A stretch of DNA of 64,000 nt. Source: an uncultured delta proteobacterium (GTDB lineage: Bacteria; Myxococcota; Myxococcia; Myxococcales; Myxococcaceae). The notes under the pieces are model-generated. The model saw only the letters and a program-made list of their open reading frames with translations, did no database searches and was not told the origin of the DNA. Shown piece by piece: positions 42,750-53,036 of the stretch. A program made the position numbers and the translations under genes. Location of the stretch: assembly GCA_963771175.1 (NCBI GenBank), contig CAVYSY010000038.1, positions 128,001-192,000 on the forward strand, given 5' to 3'. Numbering within the stretch: the first letter of the stretch is position 1; every line of letters starts with the position of its first letter.

Positions 42750-43679
42750 ATGCTCCATCTCACCCAGCGCCGGAAACTGACCTTGCAGGCCCCCGAGACA
42801 CCGGGCGGCCAGGCCCATGTGTCGGCCGCGAGCGGGCTGGTGCGCGCCGGGAATTGGCTCCACGTCGTCGCGGATGACTCGCTCTTCCTGGCCACCTTCC
42901 CCGCCGAGGGAGAGGCTCCGGGACAGCTCCTGCGCCTCTTCCCGGGGGAGCTGCCGCTGGAGCCCGAGGTGCGCAAGGCTCGCAAGCCGGACCTGGAGGC
43001 GCTCTGCCTGGTGAGGGGACTCACCTTCGCGCCACACGGAGCGCTGCTGGCGGTGCCCTCGGGGAGCACGTCGGCGCGGATGAAGGGCGCGCTGGTGCCA
43101 CTGGCGGCGGACGGGAGCCTCGGCGGCGAGGTGCGCGAGGTGGACTTCACCAGCCTGTACGCCCAGCTCACGCGCGAGCTGGGTCCGCTCAACGTGGAGG
43201 GCGCGGCACTGGCGGGAGCACGCCTGCGACTGCTCAACCGGGGAAACGGAGACCAGGGCGCGGACGCGGTGGTGGACCTGGACGCGGGCCGGGTGCTGCG
43301 CACGCTGGAGGCGGGAGAGCCCCTGAAGCCGGACGTGGTGCGCACGGTGCGCCGCTGGGAGCTGGGCCGGGCGGGCCACGTGCGCCTGTCCTTCACGGAT
43401 GCCGCGCCGCTGCCGGACGGCCGCATCGTCTTCACCGCCTCCGCCGAGGACACCCGAGACGCCTACGCGGATGGCGCGGTGATGGGCTCGGCGGTGGGCG
43501 TGCTGGCGCCGGATGGCTCGCCGCTGTTCCTCGATGGAGTGGACGCGAAGGTGAAGCTGGAAGGCGTGGAGGTGCGGGTGGAGCGCGGCCGCATCCACCT
43601 GCTGCTCGTGGCCGATGCGGACGACCCGGCCATGGCCGCGCCCCTGTTCGAGACCGTGCTGGAAGGCGTGCCGGGCTAG
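42750..43679 (+). CDS. Hypothetical protein (DUF6910/DUF3616-like)
   Basis: VSAASGL, VADDS, KPDLEAL, LNVEGA, KLEG, LVADADD motifs. Confidence 0.75.
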   Translation: MLHLTQRRKLTLQAPETPGGQAHVSAASGLVRAGNWLHVVADDSLFLATFPAEGEAPGQLLRLFPGELPLEPEVRKARKPDLEALCLVRGLTFAPHGALLAVPSGSTSARMKGALVPLAADGSLGGEVREVDFTSLYAQLTRELGPLNVEGAALAGARLRLLNRGNGDQGADAVVDLDAGRVLRTLEAGEPLKPDVVRTVRRWELGRAGHVRLSFTDAAPLPDGRIVFTASAEDTRDAYADGAVMGSAVGVLAPDGSPLFLDGVDAKVKLEGVEVRVERGRIHLLLVADADDPAMAAPLFETVLEGVPG

Positions 43680-43701
43680 GGGAAGCGGGGCCTACCCGGG
43701 C

Positions 43702-44644
43702 TCAGTCGCCGTGGTCGCGGGCGGCTTCCTCGGCCGAGCCGCCGACGGCTTCCACCGAGTTCCGGGGGGGATGGCGGAGGTTGTGGTCGAAGGCCGACTT
43801 GCGGTCGAGACCGTCCGGCGTCGTCGCGGCGATGCGGCGGCGCGCCCGGGTGATGGCGTCCTGCACCATGGCCGGGTCCGGGTGGTTCTTGAGGGCCTGC
43901 ACCCAGGTCTCGATGGCCTTCTCGTTGTCCCCGGACTCGGCCTTGATCTTTCCCATCTCGAAGGTGGCGTGAGGGGCCAGCTCCGAGTCCGGGAAGCGGG
44001 CGATGAGGTCCGCGTACGTGCGCGAGGCCTCCTGGCGGAAGCGCGCCACCTCCGGCGTGCCGGGCTGCGACTGCACCGACTGCATGTGCAGCGCCTGGGC
44101 CTGCAGGTAGATGGCGTCGTCCACGAAGGCGCTGGTGGCGAAGCGCTCGGCCAGCTTGCGCGACTCCAACACGCACTGCTGGTAGTCCTGCAGCTCGAAG
44201 TACAGCTTGGCCACCTGGTAGTGGAGCTCGGCGCCCTGGGGCGGGTTGCGAGCCAGCGCGGCGGTGAGCTGGTCGATGGAGCCACGCAGGTCGCGGAAGT
44301 GGACGCGCAGCAGCTCGGCGAGCACCACGCGGCCCTCCAGCGCCTCGGGAGACTCGGGGCACTGGGCGATGAGCTCCTTGTAGACGCTCACGGCCTCCTT
44401 CACCTTGCGCAGCTCGAGCCGGTAGACGTCCGCGGCTCCCTTGAGGGCACGGGCCTTGAGCACCTGGGCCTGCGGGGACTCGTCCAGCCGCAGCGCATCG
44501 AGCGCCTTGCGGTACTCCACGAGGGCCTCGTCGGGACGCTTCTCGAAGGTGGCGTCGCGAGCGCAGCTGCATGTGGTCGGTGGCGCTCTCCCGGCGACAG
44601 CCCGGGGCGAGCACGAGGGCCAGGGCGAGCACCAGACGCCGCAT
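43702..44644 (-). CDS. TPR-repeat lipoprotein; frameshift near 44560
   Basis: MRRLVLALALVLAPGC lipobox; TPR-like helices (YKELIAQCPESPEA, YADLIARFPDSELAPHA). Confidence 0.82.
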
Positions 44645-44904
44645 CAGCAGGACTCCGGAAGGGGGGAGATGAGGACACACTCGGTGTCCAGGCAGCGCAC
44701 GCACTCCTGCTGATTGCCGGTGTCGGCAACGCACAGGGACACGCGGGAGGAGCGAGGGCAGTCCTCGGCGGCGGTGCACCGGTAGACACCCCCATTGGGG
44801 TTCGGCACTGGCACCGGCTCGAGAATGCACTCCTCGCGAGTGTCGCAGCCGGCGAGCCCGGTCACGATGGCGAAGAGGACGAGTGCTCCAATCCGGGGTC
44901 TCAC
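44644..44904 (-). CDS. Small Cys-rich lipoprotein
   Basis: Lipobox LAGC; eight further Cys; TGA overlaps the next ATG. Confidence 0.75.
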   Translation of the reverse strand: MRPRIGALVLFAIVTGLAGCDTREECILEPVPVPNPNGGVYRCTAAEDCPRSSRVSLCVADTGNQQECVRCLDTECVLISPLPESC

Positions 44905-45010
44905 GACCCAGGTTTCTAGCCGGATTTGGCGCCCTCGTCACGGAAGCCGGTGCCCGCCCGCCCGCATCCCGGGCGACTCTCGGGAAAACGCCGGCCCCGC
45001 CGCGGTGCGG

Positions 45011-45403
45011 CTAGTTGTTGCTCACGCGCTCCACCCGCCCCGAGGAGGTGAGCATCGCGGAGTCCACCGCGGCCATGCGGCGGCGCCGGTGCATCCGCCG
45101 GGCCTTCTCCTCCTGCTTCTCCAGGTGCTTCGCAATCCCCAGCAGGTGCTCGTCCGCCACGCGGCACTGGATGGCCGATACCTCCTGGTGCCGCCGCCCC
45201 AGCTCCTGCCACAGGTGCATCGTCGCCTGGTTGCCCAACAGCCGCGTCTCCACCTCGTCGAGCGCCGCGTCCATGCGCGCCTCCTCGGCCTGGAGCTCCG
45301 CGAGGCGGGCCTCCGCCTCGTCCGGGGGCGCTCCGCACCCGCTCGACAGACACAGCACCATCGCCGCCAGCCCGAGCCCCCAGTGCCGCGTCCCGCCTGC
45401 CAT
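45011..45403 (-). CDS. Coiled-coil lipoprotein
   Basis: Hydrophobic leader with SSGC lipobox; helical body. Confidence 0.7.
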   Translation of the reverse strand: MAGGTRHWGLGLAAMVLCLSSGCGAPPDEAEARLAELQAEEARMDAALDEVETRLLGNQATMHLWQELGRRHQEVSAIQCRVADEHLLGIAKHLEKQEEKARRMHRRRRMAAVDSAMLTSSGRVERVSNN

Positions 45404-45575
45404 CACCCACCTCGAAGTCCGGTGCGTTGGATTGCCCACACGTCCGCGGGCCCCCGGTCAGGCGTCCCGCGCGTGGCGCAACCTAGGGAGCACCTCCCCA
45501 CCGGGCAACCTCCCCCCGGGGCAGCTCCCCTCTCGGACTGTCAGCGGCCGACGCTCGGCCCTTCCTCCGGGGCGC

Positions 45576-46085
45576 TCAGGGCGCCTGCCGGTGACGGAGA
45601 ATGAACTCACACACCTCGCGCGCCGCGCCGAAGCCCGCCGGCCGCTGCGCCACGTAGTGCACTTGCGAACGGACCTCGTCCGGGGCCTCGGGCGGCGCCG
45701 CCGAGAAACCCACCGCCTTGAGCAGCGGCAGGTCCACCAGCTCGTCCCCCATGTAGCCGCACCGGTCCGCCGTCACCTTGAGCAGCGCCAGCAGCTTCTC
45801 GAAGTGCGCCACCTTGTCCTGGCTGCCGAAGTGCACGTGCTTGAGGCCCAGCGACTGCATCCGCATCTGCGCCGAGAGGCTCTCGCCACCGGAGATGGCC
45901 GCCACCTCCAGCCCCGCCTCCTGCAGCCGCTTGATGCCCATCCCGTCGCGCACGCTGTACATCTGCGTCCACCCCGAGTTGGGCACCCAGAAGATGCGCC
46001 CGTCGGTGAGCGTGCCGTCGATGTCGAAAATCATCACCGACAGGCGGCTCACCCGCCCCTTGAGCGACTCCAGGTCCTGGTTCAT
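45576..46085 (-). CDS. kdsC: KDO-8-phosphate phosphatase (HAD family)
   Basis: FDIDGTLTDG, SVRDGMGI, YMGDELVD, GFGAAREVCE. Confidence 0.9.
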   Translation of the reverse strand: MNQDLESLKGRVSRLSVMIFDIDGTLTDGRIFWVPNSGWTQMYSVRDGMGIKRLQEAGLEVAAISGGESLSAQMRMQSLGLKHVHFGSQDKVAHFEKLLALLKVTADRCGYMGDELVDLPLLKAVGFSAAPPEAPDEVRSQVHYVAQRPAGFGAAREVCEFILRHRQAP

Positions 46086-46095
46086 CCGCGGGCGC

Positions 46096-47145
46096 CTACT
46101 TCGGCACGGCCTTGAGCACGGCCTTGCCGTCCTTGATGACGACCTTGAACTCCACCGATTTGGCCCCGTGCTGCTTCATCAACTCCGGCACCTGCTTGCG
46201 CAGCGAGGCGGCCACCGAGTCGAAGTTCATCTTCGAGGTGTCCTCCTTGTTGCGGCGCTTGGCGGACACGTAGGCGTCGTAGACGGACTTCAGGCTGTCG
46301 TCGGTCAGGCCACCGGCGCTGCTCGCCGACGGAGGACGCGCCGCCGCCACCGCCGGACGAGGACCGGTCGCGGGAGGCCGGGCCACGGGCGGCACCGCGG
46401 GGGCCACGGGCGGCACCACCGGGGCGATCGACGGCAGGGGCGCGGAGCCCCGCGGCGGCCCCAACACCGGGGCCATGGGCGGCACCAGCGGCGCCACCGA
46501 GGGCACCAGCGGCGCCACCGAGGGCACCAGCGGCGCCACCGAGGGCATGCCGCCCCGGAACGGCACGGGCTCGAGCGACGCCATGGCCGGCACCGGCGGA
46601 GGGGGCGGCTTCGGGGTGGACGACAGAATCTCGTCCACCTCGTCCACCTCGAAGTCGGTCTCCTCGGGCAGCTCCACCGCGCCCTGGGAGCGGGCCTTGG
46701 CCGAGGCCGGCTTCTCGCCGCGGCGCTTCACCTTGGCGAGGTCGCGCTTGTAGGTGCCGTTCTCGATTTCCTGCAGCGTGCGCAGCCACAGCCGCTCGTA
46801 GGTGACGAACTTGCTGTGGATGGACTGCACGCGGAACTTGGCGCCGGTGTTGCGCACGAAGCTGTTCTTGAGCTTCTCCACCCGCTTCTTCAGCGCCTCG
46901 TGCGTCCGTGCGGGCGGGGTGCGCTCGAGCCCCAGGAAGTAGTGCTCGTAGGTCACCTTCAGGGCGGCCAGCTCGGCCTCGATGGCGTCGCACTCCTGGG
47001 CCGCCATCTCGCTGCCCGACTTCGTGGGCATGCCGGACTTCGTGTCCCCCTGCAGCGCCGCCAGCTTCGCGGTCGACTTCGCCGACGCGCCAGACCTGGT
47101 GGCGGTGGGGTTCTTCGTGGACGACTTCGAGGGCTCGTACGCCAT
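46096..47145 (-). CDS. Myxobacterial protein with MXAN_5187-like C-terminal domain and Pro-rich linker
   Basis: YEHYFLGLER..P, EIENGTYKRD, C-terminal VEFKVVIKDGKAVLKA. Confidence 0.8.
   Translation of the reverse strand: MAYEPSKSSTKNPTATRSGASAKSTAKLAALQGDTKSGMPTKSGSEMAAQECDAIEAELAALKVTYEHYFLGLERTPPARTHEALKKRVEKLKNSFVRNTGAKFRVQSIHSKFVTYERLWLRTLQEIENGTYKRDLAKVKRRGEKPASAKARSQGAVELPEETDFEVDEVDEILSSTPKPPPPPVPAMASLEPVPFRGGMPSVAPLVPSVAPLVPSVAPLVPPMAPVLGPPRGSAPLPSIAPVVPPVAPAVPPVARPPATGPRPAVAAARPPSASSAGGLTDDSLKSVYDAYVSAKRRNKEDTSKMNFDSVAASLRKQVPELMKQHGAKSVEFKVVIKDGKAVLKAVPK
46481..46543 (-). repeat. 21-bp coding tandem repeat x3 (SVAPLVP)
   Basis: GGCACCAGCGGCGCCACCGAG repeated three times exactly. 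Confidence 0.9.
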
Positions 47146-47186
47146 GGGCTCCTAGAGTGTCCCCAAGACGCGGCCGCTTATCAACC

Positions 47187-48503
47187 TCAGGCCGGGCTCG
47201 GTGTCGGCCCGACGCCAGCCGCCTCGCCCGCCCGGCGGATCCGCCGGTACAGCAATGTCGCACCAAAGGTGAACATGCACAGGGAGATGAACTGGCTGGT
47301 GGAGATGTTGTACCAGGCCTCCAGGGGAACGGAGTCGGCCAGCCCCCGGGCGCCCAGCGAGTTGAGCAGCCCGTTGAGCGTTCCACGCTCCGTGTCACCG
47401 CGCAACAGCTCCACCGAGGTGCGCAGCACCGCGTAGCACATCAGCCACAGGGCGAAGATCTGCCCGTGGAAGCGCCGGAAGCGCCGCGAGTACAGCAACA
47501 CCAGGAAGAGTACGAGCTGGCCGATGGACTCGTAGATTTGAGTGGGGTGGATGGGCAGCGTGGTGCCGTGCTGGGCCACCCACTCGGAGATGCGCACCGC
47601 GCCGGGAGCCGACTGGTGGAGGATTTCACCGGTGGCCTCCACCACGTAGCGGGAGTCCTGCGCCTGGGACTGGAAGGCGAGGCTGGAGGTGCCGCCGAGC
47701 CGCCCGAAGAGGTCCTTGGCCACGCTGACGCCGGGGAAGTTCACCGCGAAGCGAGTGCCGGCGGCGGTGACATCGCCCCAGCAGCACCCGGCGGAGAAGC
47801 ACCCGAGCCGCCCCAGGCACTGGCCCAGCGACACGGTGGGGATGGCCAGGTCCGCCAGCCGCAGGAAGTCCATGCCGTGCTGCCGCGCGAAGACGTAGGC
47901 CGCGAGCGCCGCGCCGATGAGGCCGCCGTAGAAGACGAGCCCGCCGCCCAGGGAGAACACCTGCGTCCAGTCGCGCGCGTAGTCCTTCCAGTTGACGAGC
48001 ACGAAGAGGACGCGGCTGCCCACGAGCCCGCCCACCAGGATGTAGAAGGACAGGTCCATGAACTGCTCGCGCTTGCGAGGACCCTCGGTGTCCACCCACT
48101 GGCCGCCGCCCTGGGCATCCGGCACCCACGTCAGCTTGCGCCACTCGTCCTGCGCCAGCCGCGAGCCCACCGCCACCGCGGTCATGAAGCCGGAGGCCAG
48201 CAGCACCCCGTAGGTGTGGATGGGGATGCCCTCGCCCTTGCCACCCAGGAAGGCCCCCGCGGGCAGCGCGTACCGCAGGCCGAACGACGCGATGGCCGCG
48301 CCGATGGCGCCGTAGATGAGCGCGCGCATCATCCGCTGGTCCGTCGTGGCCGGCGCGGGCTTCTCGCCCGGAGCCTTGGGAGTGCCCTCGGCGCCCTGCC
48401 AGCCGTTGTAGGCGATGTACGCCACCGCCGCGAGCGCCAGGGCGTACAGGATGAGCTGGGACCAGAGGGACGTGAAGGTGAAGTGGACGAGGACGGGAAG
48501 CAT
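47187..48503 (-). CDS. lgt: Prolipoprotein diacylglyceryl transferase
   Basis: HTYG, GLVFYGG, LGRLGCF..GCCWG, HPTQIYE, R..VELLRGD. Confidence 0.95.
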   Translation of the reverse strand: MLPVLVHFTFTSLWSQLILYALALAAVAYIAYNGWQGAEGTPKAPGEKPAPATTDQRMMRALIYGAIGAAIASFGLRYALPAGAFLGGKGEGIPIHTYGVLLASGFMTAVAVGSRLAQDEWRKLTWVPDAQGGGQWVDTEGPRKREQFMDLSFYILVGGLVGSRVLFVLVNWKDYARDWTQVFSLGGGLVFYGGLIGAALAAYVFARQHGMDFLRLADLAIPTVSLGQCLGRLGCFSAGCCWGDVTAAGTRFAVNFPGVSVAKDLFGRLGGTSSLAFQSQAQDSRYVVEATGEILHQSAPGAVRISEWVAQHGTTLPIHPTQIYESIGQLVLFLVLLYSRRFRRFHGQIFALWLMCYAVLRTSVELLRGDTERGTLNGLLNSLGARGLADSVPLEAWYNISTSQFISLCMFTFGATLLYRRIRRAGEAAGVGPTPSPA

Positions 48504-48615
48504 GGGCAGGGACCGTTACGGACGCGAGGCCGCGCAGGTTACCCCGTCACGGCGTCGCTGCGGGTGGGGGAGACGACCCGGGAGCCGGGCCGTCAGGAGG
48601 GGGAGCGACCCGCCG

Positions 48616-49233
48616 TCAGGAGCGGACCTCGGCCGACTTCTCCTCCTTGGGCGCCTCCTTGCGCACGAAGGCGTCCACCAGGAGCAGCCCCACGCCCACC
48701 ACGATGGCCGAGTCGGCCACGTTGAAGGACGGCCAGGTGGCCTTGTCGTACCAGTGGGCCTCGAGGAAATCGATGACGAAGGCCCGGGCAATCCGGTCGA
48801 TGTAGTTGCCGATCGCCCCGCCCAGCACCAGCGGCAGGCCCCACCGCGCCCACTTCTCCTGGGGGTCCTTCCCGCTCAGCTTGCTGAAGTACCAGGAGAT
48901 GAGCACCACCGCGCCGATGCTCACCACGTGGAAGAGGGGCCCGCGCACGTTGGGCGGCAGGGTGCGGAACATGCCCCAGGCGGCGCCCGGGTTCTCCGCG
49001 TAGCGCAGGCGGAAGAAGGACTCGGAGACCTCGATGTGGCGCTTGGGCCGGTAGTGCAGCCCATCGTACCCCAGGGGTGGGGGCTCGCCGTACATCGCCG
49101 ACAGCCGCTCGCCGAGCGTGGGCCGGTCATCGAAGCGCGTGGTGAGCTCGCGCACGACGAGGTACTTCGTCCACTGGTCGAGGACGATGACGCCGAGCGC
49201 CACCGTCAGCAGGAGGAGGTATTTGCGGGGCAC
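48616..49233 (-). CDS. lspA: Lipoprotein signal peptidase II
   Basis: DQWTK, NPGAAWG, GAIGNYIDR, VIDF, FNVADSAI. Confidence 0.95.
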   Translation of the reverse strand: MPRKYLLLLTVALGVIVLDQWTKYLVVRELTTRFDDRPTLGERLSAMYGEPPPLGYDGLHYRPKRHIEVSESFFRLRYAENPGAAWGMFRTLPPNVRGPLFHVVSIGAVVLISWYFSKLSGKDPQEKWARWGLPLVLGGAIGNYIDRIARAFVIDFLEAHWYDKATWPSFNVADSAIVVGVGLLLVDAFVRKEAPKEEKSAEVRS

Positions 49234-49243
49234 ATGGGGCGGC

Positions 49244-49864
49244 TTACACCACCTGCCCCCCCGGCGTCACGGATTCCACCGGCCGGCGCGCCCGCAGGGA
49301 GTCGAGCAGGAGCAGGCCCACTCCCACGCAGATGGCCGCGTCGGCCACGTTGAAGGTGGGCCAGCGCATCCCCGGCTGGTTGCGCCAGTGCCAGTCGATG
49401 AAGTCGATGACGTAGCCCCGGAGGAGCCGATCCACGAAGTTGCCCAGCGCCCCGCCCGCGACGAGCGCCAGGGCCCAGCGCACCATCCGCTGCTCGGGGG
49501 CCAGCTTCACGTACATGGAGAGGATGAAGCCGAGCGCCACCAGGCTCACCAGGTGGAAGAAGGGCTGGCGCACGGACTCGGGGAGGTTGGCGAAGAGGCC
49601 CCAGGCGGCGCCCGGGTTCTCCACGTAGCGGAAGTGCCAGTAGTCCTCGATGAAGCGGTGGGGCGCCGTCGGCCGGCGGTGCAGCCCGCCCAGGAACGGC
49701 GCGCCGTCCGGGTCTTGCTCGGCGAAGAAGCCCTGCACCCGCGCGAGGCCGGTCCGCCCCTCCAGGGAGTCCGTGAGGTGGCTCACGGCCAGGTACTTGG
49801 ACACCTGGTCGGCGGCGAGGGTGGCGAGGCCCACGAGAATCAGGACACGAAAACGGTGCACCAT
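49244..49864 (-). CDS. lspA: Lipoprotein signal peptidase II (second tandem paralog)
   Basis: DQVSK, NPGAAWG, GALGNFVDR, VIDF, FNVADAAI. Confidence 0.95.
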   Translation of the reverse strand: MVHRFRVLILVGLATLAADQVSKYLAVSHLTDSLEGRTGLARVQGFFAEQDPDGAPFLGGLHRRPTAPHRFIEDYWHFRYVENPGAAWGLFANLPESVRQPFFHLVSLVALGFILSMYVKLAPEQRMVRWALALVAGGALGNFVDRLLRGYVIDFIDWHWRNQPGMRWPTFNVADAAICVGVGLLLLDSLRARRPVESVTPGGQVV

Positions 49865-49965
49865 GGGACCCTGATCTCTATCTTGGGCATGGGAGGCTGA
49901 CAACCCGGCCCGGCATACGGGCGATCAGCCAGTGGGTTGGCTCCCCGGACGCCTCCAAGTGGGGC

Positions 49966-50352
49966 ATGGTGAGGACGATGCAGACTGTTGAGCCGCCCGT
50001 GATGCCCAATCCGAACGAGACTCCCTCCGCCCAGGCCGTGGCGGCCCCCAAGCCGTCCCTCATGGAGCGCCTGCAGGCCTTCATCACCCGGTACGGGATG
50101 CTGGCCCTGGTGGTGCACTACGCCATCTTCGGCCTCTGCCTGGGCATCTTCGCGCTCCTCATCCGCTCGGGCTTCCAGTTGGAGGGAGCCGGCGGCGCGG
50201 CGGGCACCTTCGCCGGTGCCTACGCCGCCTGCCAGGTCATCAAGATTCCGCGCTTCGCCGCCACCTTCGCGCTCACGCCCGTGCTCGACAGGCTCATCCG
50301 GCGCCTGCGGAAGAAGGGCCCGGCGTCGAGCGACGACCCGCCCCGCGCATGA
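49966..50352 (+). CDS. Small membrane protein (DUF1279/FAM210-like)
   Basis: RYGMLALVVHY, AYAACQVIKIPRFAATFALTP; start uncertain. Confidence 0.65.
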   Translation: MVRTMQTVEPPVMPNPNETPSAQAVAAPKPSLMERLQAFITRYGMLALVVHYAIFGLCLGIFALLIRSGFQLEGAGGAAGTFAGAYAACQVIKIPRFAATFALTPVLDRLIRRLRKKGPASSDDPPRA

Positions 50353-51098
50353 AGCAGGTGACGGTCCGCTTCTACGGCTCGCTCAACGACTTCCTCGCCC
50401 CCGAGCGGCGCGGCGTCGAGTTCGTCCACCCCCTCAGCGGGCCGTGCTCGGTGAAGGACCTCATCGAGTCGCTCGGCCCGCCCCACCCCGAGGTGGACGT
50501 GGTGCTCGTGGACGGACAGGCGGTGGACTTCTCCCACCGCGTCGAGGACGGCCAGCGCCTCGCCGTCTACCCCGTCTTCACCTCCATCGACGTGACGCCG
50601 CTCGTGCGCGTGGGGCCCCCTCCCCTCTCCGAGCTCCGCTTCCTGCTCGACGTGGGGCTCGGCCGGCTCTCGGGCCTGCTGCGCATGCTCGGCTTCGACA
50701 CGCTGTGGCGCAATGACTTCGCCGATGACGAGCTCGCGCGGCGCTCCCGGGACGAACAGCGCATCCTGCTCACGCGGGACCTTGGCGTGCTCAAGCGCTC
50801 CGAGGTGGTGCACGGGTATTTTCCGCGGGAGACGGACCCCTCGCTGCAGCTCGTCGAGGTGGTGCGGCGCTTCCGGCTCTCCGAGCACATGCGGCCCTTC
50901 ACCCGGTGCATCGCCTGCAATGCCTCGCTGTCCGCCGCCTCGCCCGAGGAGGTGCAGGGGCGCGTGCCGGAGCGGGTGCGGGCCACGTTCTCCCGCTTCC
51001 AGCAGTGCCCCGAGTGCAAGCGCGTGTTCTGGGCCGGCTCGCACCACGCTCGCATGCAGGTCATCATCGACAAGCTGCGCGAGCTGGAAGCGCAGTGA
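50349..51098 (+). CDS. Mut7-C RNase with N-terminal ubiquitin-like domain and Zn ribbon
   Basis: RFYGSLNDFL, VKDLIESLG.PHPEV, RFLLDVGLGRL, LLTRD, RCIACN, CPEC.RVFWAGSH. Confidence 0.92.
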   Translation: MKQVTVRFYGSLNDFLAPERRGVEFVHPLSGPCSVKDLIESLGPPHPEVDVVLVDGQAVDFSHRVEDGQRLAVYPVFTSIDVTPLVRVGPPPLSELRFLLDVGLGRLSGLLRMLGFDTLWRNDFADDELARRSRDEQRILLTRDLGVLKRSEVVHGYFPRETDPSLQLVEVVRRFRLSEHMRPFTRCIACNASLSAASPEEVQGRVPERVRATFSRFQQCPECKRVFWAGSHHARMQVIIDKLRELEAQ

Positions 51099-51116
51099 CA
51101 GCACCCCCGGGTGGAT

Positions 51117-52334
51117 TCAGAGGATGCGGCGCGAGCGCGGGTAGCTGCCGAGGACGAGCAGCTCGCGGCAGTGGGCGCGGGCGCGCTCGATGGTGGCGGC
51201 CATGTTCGGGTCATCCCGGTGCCCGAGCGCATCGAGGAAGAACGTATACGTCCAGTTCTCCCCCCGCCCGCGCGGGCGCTTGTCGATGTGCGAGAGGTTG
51301 ATGCCGGCGGACTGGAAGACTCCGAGCACCGAGGCCAGGGCACCCGGCGCGTCGTCCGTGGTGAACATGATGGAGGTCTTGTCATCGCCCGTCGGCCGGG
51401 CGTTCTGCCGGGCGATGATGACGAAGCGGGTGACGTTGTTGGGGTCGTCCTCGATGCGCGCGAAGAGGACGTTGAGCCCGTAGAGCTGCCCGGCGAGCGT
51501 CGTGCCGATGGCGGCCGCCCCCGGCTCGGCACCAATCTCCAGGGCCTTGCGGCACTCCTCGACGGCGATCTGCGCGGCGCGCGAGCTGCTGGCCGCGGGC
51601 ATCAGCTCGACGCCGGGGTACTGGGTGCTCAGCCAGTTGCGGCACTGCTGGAAGATCTCCGGCTTGGAGTGGATGCGCCGCACCTGGCGGGGCTGGCAGT
51701 TGGCGAGCAGGGCGTGGTGGATGGTGATCTGCACCTCGCCGTAGATGGAGATTTGATGGGCGTTGGCCTTGAAGGCGTCGAGCGTCTCCACGATGCCGCC
51801 GCCGAGCGAGTTCTCGATGGGGACGAGCCCGTAGTTGACGTGCCCGCGGCGCACCTCGGTGAAGACACCACCAATCTCGTGCAGGTCCTCGTAGTCCACG
51901 GAGGCGCCGAACTGCTTCACGGCGGCGGCGTGCGAGTGGGAGCCGGGCGGCCCGAGGTAGCCGATGCGCAGCGGCTGCTCGAGGGCGAACGAGCCGCTCA
52001 TCATCTCGCGGTAGATGCCCTCGATGGTCCGGTCGGGCAGCGGCCCCTTGTTGGCAGCCAGGACCTTGCGGAGCACCTCGGCCTCGCGGTGGGGGGCGTA
52101 GACGGGGATGCCCTGGGTGCGCTTGGTCTTGCCCACCTCGACGACGAGGCTCGCCCGCTCGTTGAGCAGCCGGACCAGGCGGTCGTCGAGCGCGTCGATC
52201 TTCTTGCGCAGCTCCTGGAGCTGGGCCGGATCCTGAGTCGGCTCGGCGGGCGGCGCATTCGGAGGGGCGACGGGCGCGGTGCGAGTGCGCTTACGGGCGG
52301 GGGGGCTGCTCCTCTTTCCGCTCTTCCTGGCCAT
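51117..52334 (-). CDS. pheA: Chorismate mutase / prephenate dehydratase
   Basis: LRKKIDALDDRLVRLLNERA, YLGPPGS, VPIENS, NVTRFV, ACT domain. Confidence 0.95.
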   Translation of the reverse strand: MARKSGKRSSPPARKRTRTAPVAPPNAPPAEPTQDPAQLQELRKKIDALDDRLVRLLNERASLVVEVGKTKRTQGIPVYAPHREAEVLRKVLAANKGPLPDRTIEGIYREMMSGSFALEQPLRIGYLGPPGSHSHAAAVKQFGASVDYEDLHEIGGVFTEVRRGHVNYGLVPIENSLGGGIVETLDAFKANAHQISIYGEVQITIHHALLANCQPRQVRRIHSKPEIFQQCRNWLSTQYPGVELMPAASSSRAAQIAVEECRKALEIGAEPGAAAIGTTLAGQLYGLNVLFARIEDDPNNVTRFVIIARQNARPTGDDKTSIMFTTDDAPGALASVLGVFQSAGINLSHIDKRPRGRGENWTYTFFLDALGHRDDPNMAATIERARAHCRELLVLGSYPRSRRIL

Positions 52335-52477
52335 CTCGCTCCTTCAACAAGGGGCCCATGTTACCAGCCGTTCGAACCCCCTCGGAAGTAACAACCCGAG
52401 TTCGAATCACACTGGAAGCCGAGCACCCTTCCAGGCAGCCTGAGCTCCGCACCACGAGCAGACCCGGAGGGGAAGAG

Positions 52478-52825
52478 ATGCCGAAGCGACCTGAGCGTGA
52501 CCTCGAGAAGGGCTATCCGCGCAAGGAGTTCGTCGCCAAGTTGAGGAGACTGGCGGATGCCATCGAGGCCGGTAAGTCCTTCAGCATCCAGGTCGCGGGC
52601 GAGCGCCTGCACATCCCCGCGGATGCGCTCTTCAATATCGAGCACGAGCGCGAAGGGAACGTGGACGAGCTCGAGTTCCAATTGCGATTCCCCGCGCCCA
52701 TGGCGACCCGCGCGAAGACAGCGAAGAGGGCCTCGGCCAAGAAGAGCCCCGCGCGGATCCTCCTGCCCAGTGGGGCAACGGAGGACGAAGGCCCGAAGCC
52801 CAAACAGAGGAAGGGCCGGGGCTGA
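52478..52825 (+). CDS. Amphi-Trp domain protein with basic tail
   Basis: FVAKLRRLADAIE, IQVAGERLHIP, IEHERE..ELEFQ; GGAGG RBS. Confidence 0.8.
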   Translation: MPKRPERDLEKGYPRKEFVAKLRRLADAIEAGKSFSIQVAGERLHIPADALFNIEHEREGNVDELEFQLRFPAPMATRAKTAKRASAKKSPARILLPSGATEDEGPKPKQRKGRG

Positions 52826-52871
52826 GCCCTCCGAAGAAAGTCCGTGCAGGAGGGGGCCTCCGGGCGCGGTC

Positions 52872-52908
52872 TTCAAAAACCTGTCCGACAGTCGGACAGG
52901 TTTCTGAA
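52872..52908. repeat. Long intergenic palindrome (REP-like)
   Basis: TTCAAAAACCTGTCCGAC-A-GTCGGACAGGTTTCTGAA, 18-bp arms with one mismatch. Confidence 0.85.
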
Positions 52909-53036
52909 AAGTGCGCCCGGGAGGTGGGTCCAACCACCAAGGCCCGTGGTGGGGAAGAGCCCGAGTCCGGAAGTGACCCCCTCCCCCCATCAGAGGGAGA
53001 GGGCTTTGACGCTGATTCAACCCGCGAGCAGGGAGC

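Noticed and set aside
46481..46543. 21-bp exact triple repeat as a functional DNA element
   Set aside because: Explained as expansion within a Pro-rich protein linker
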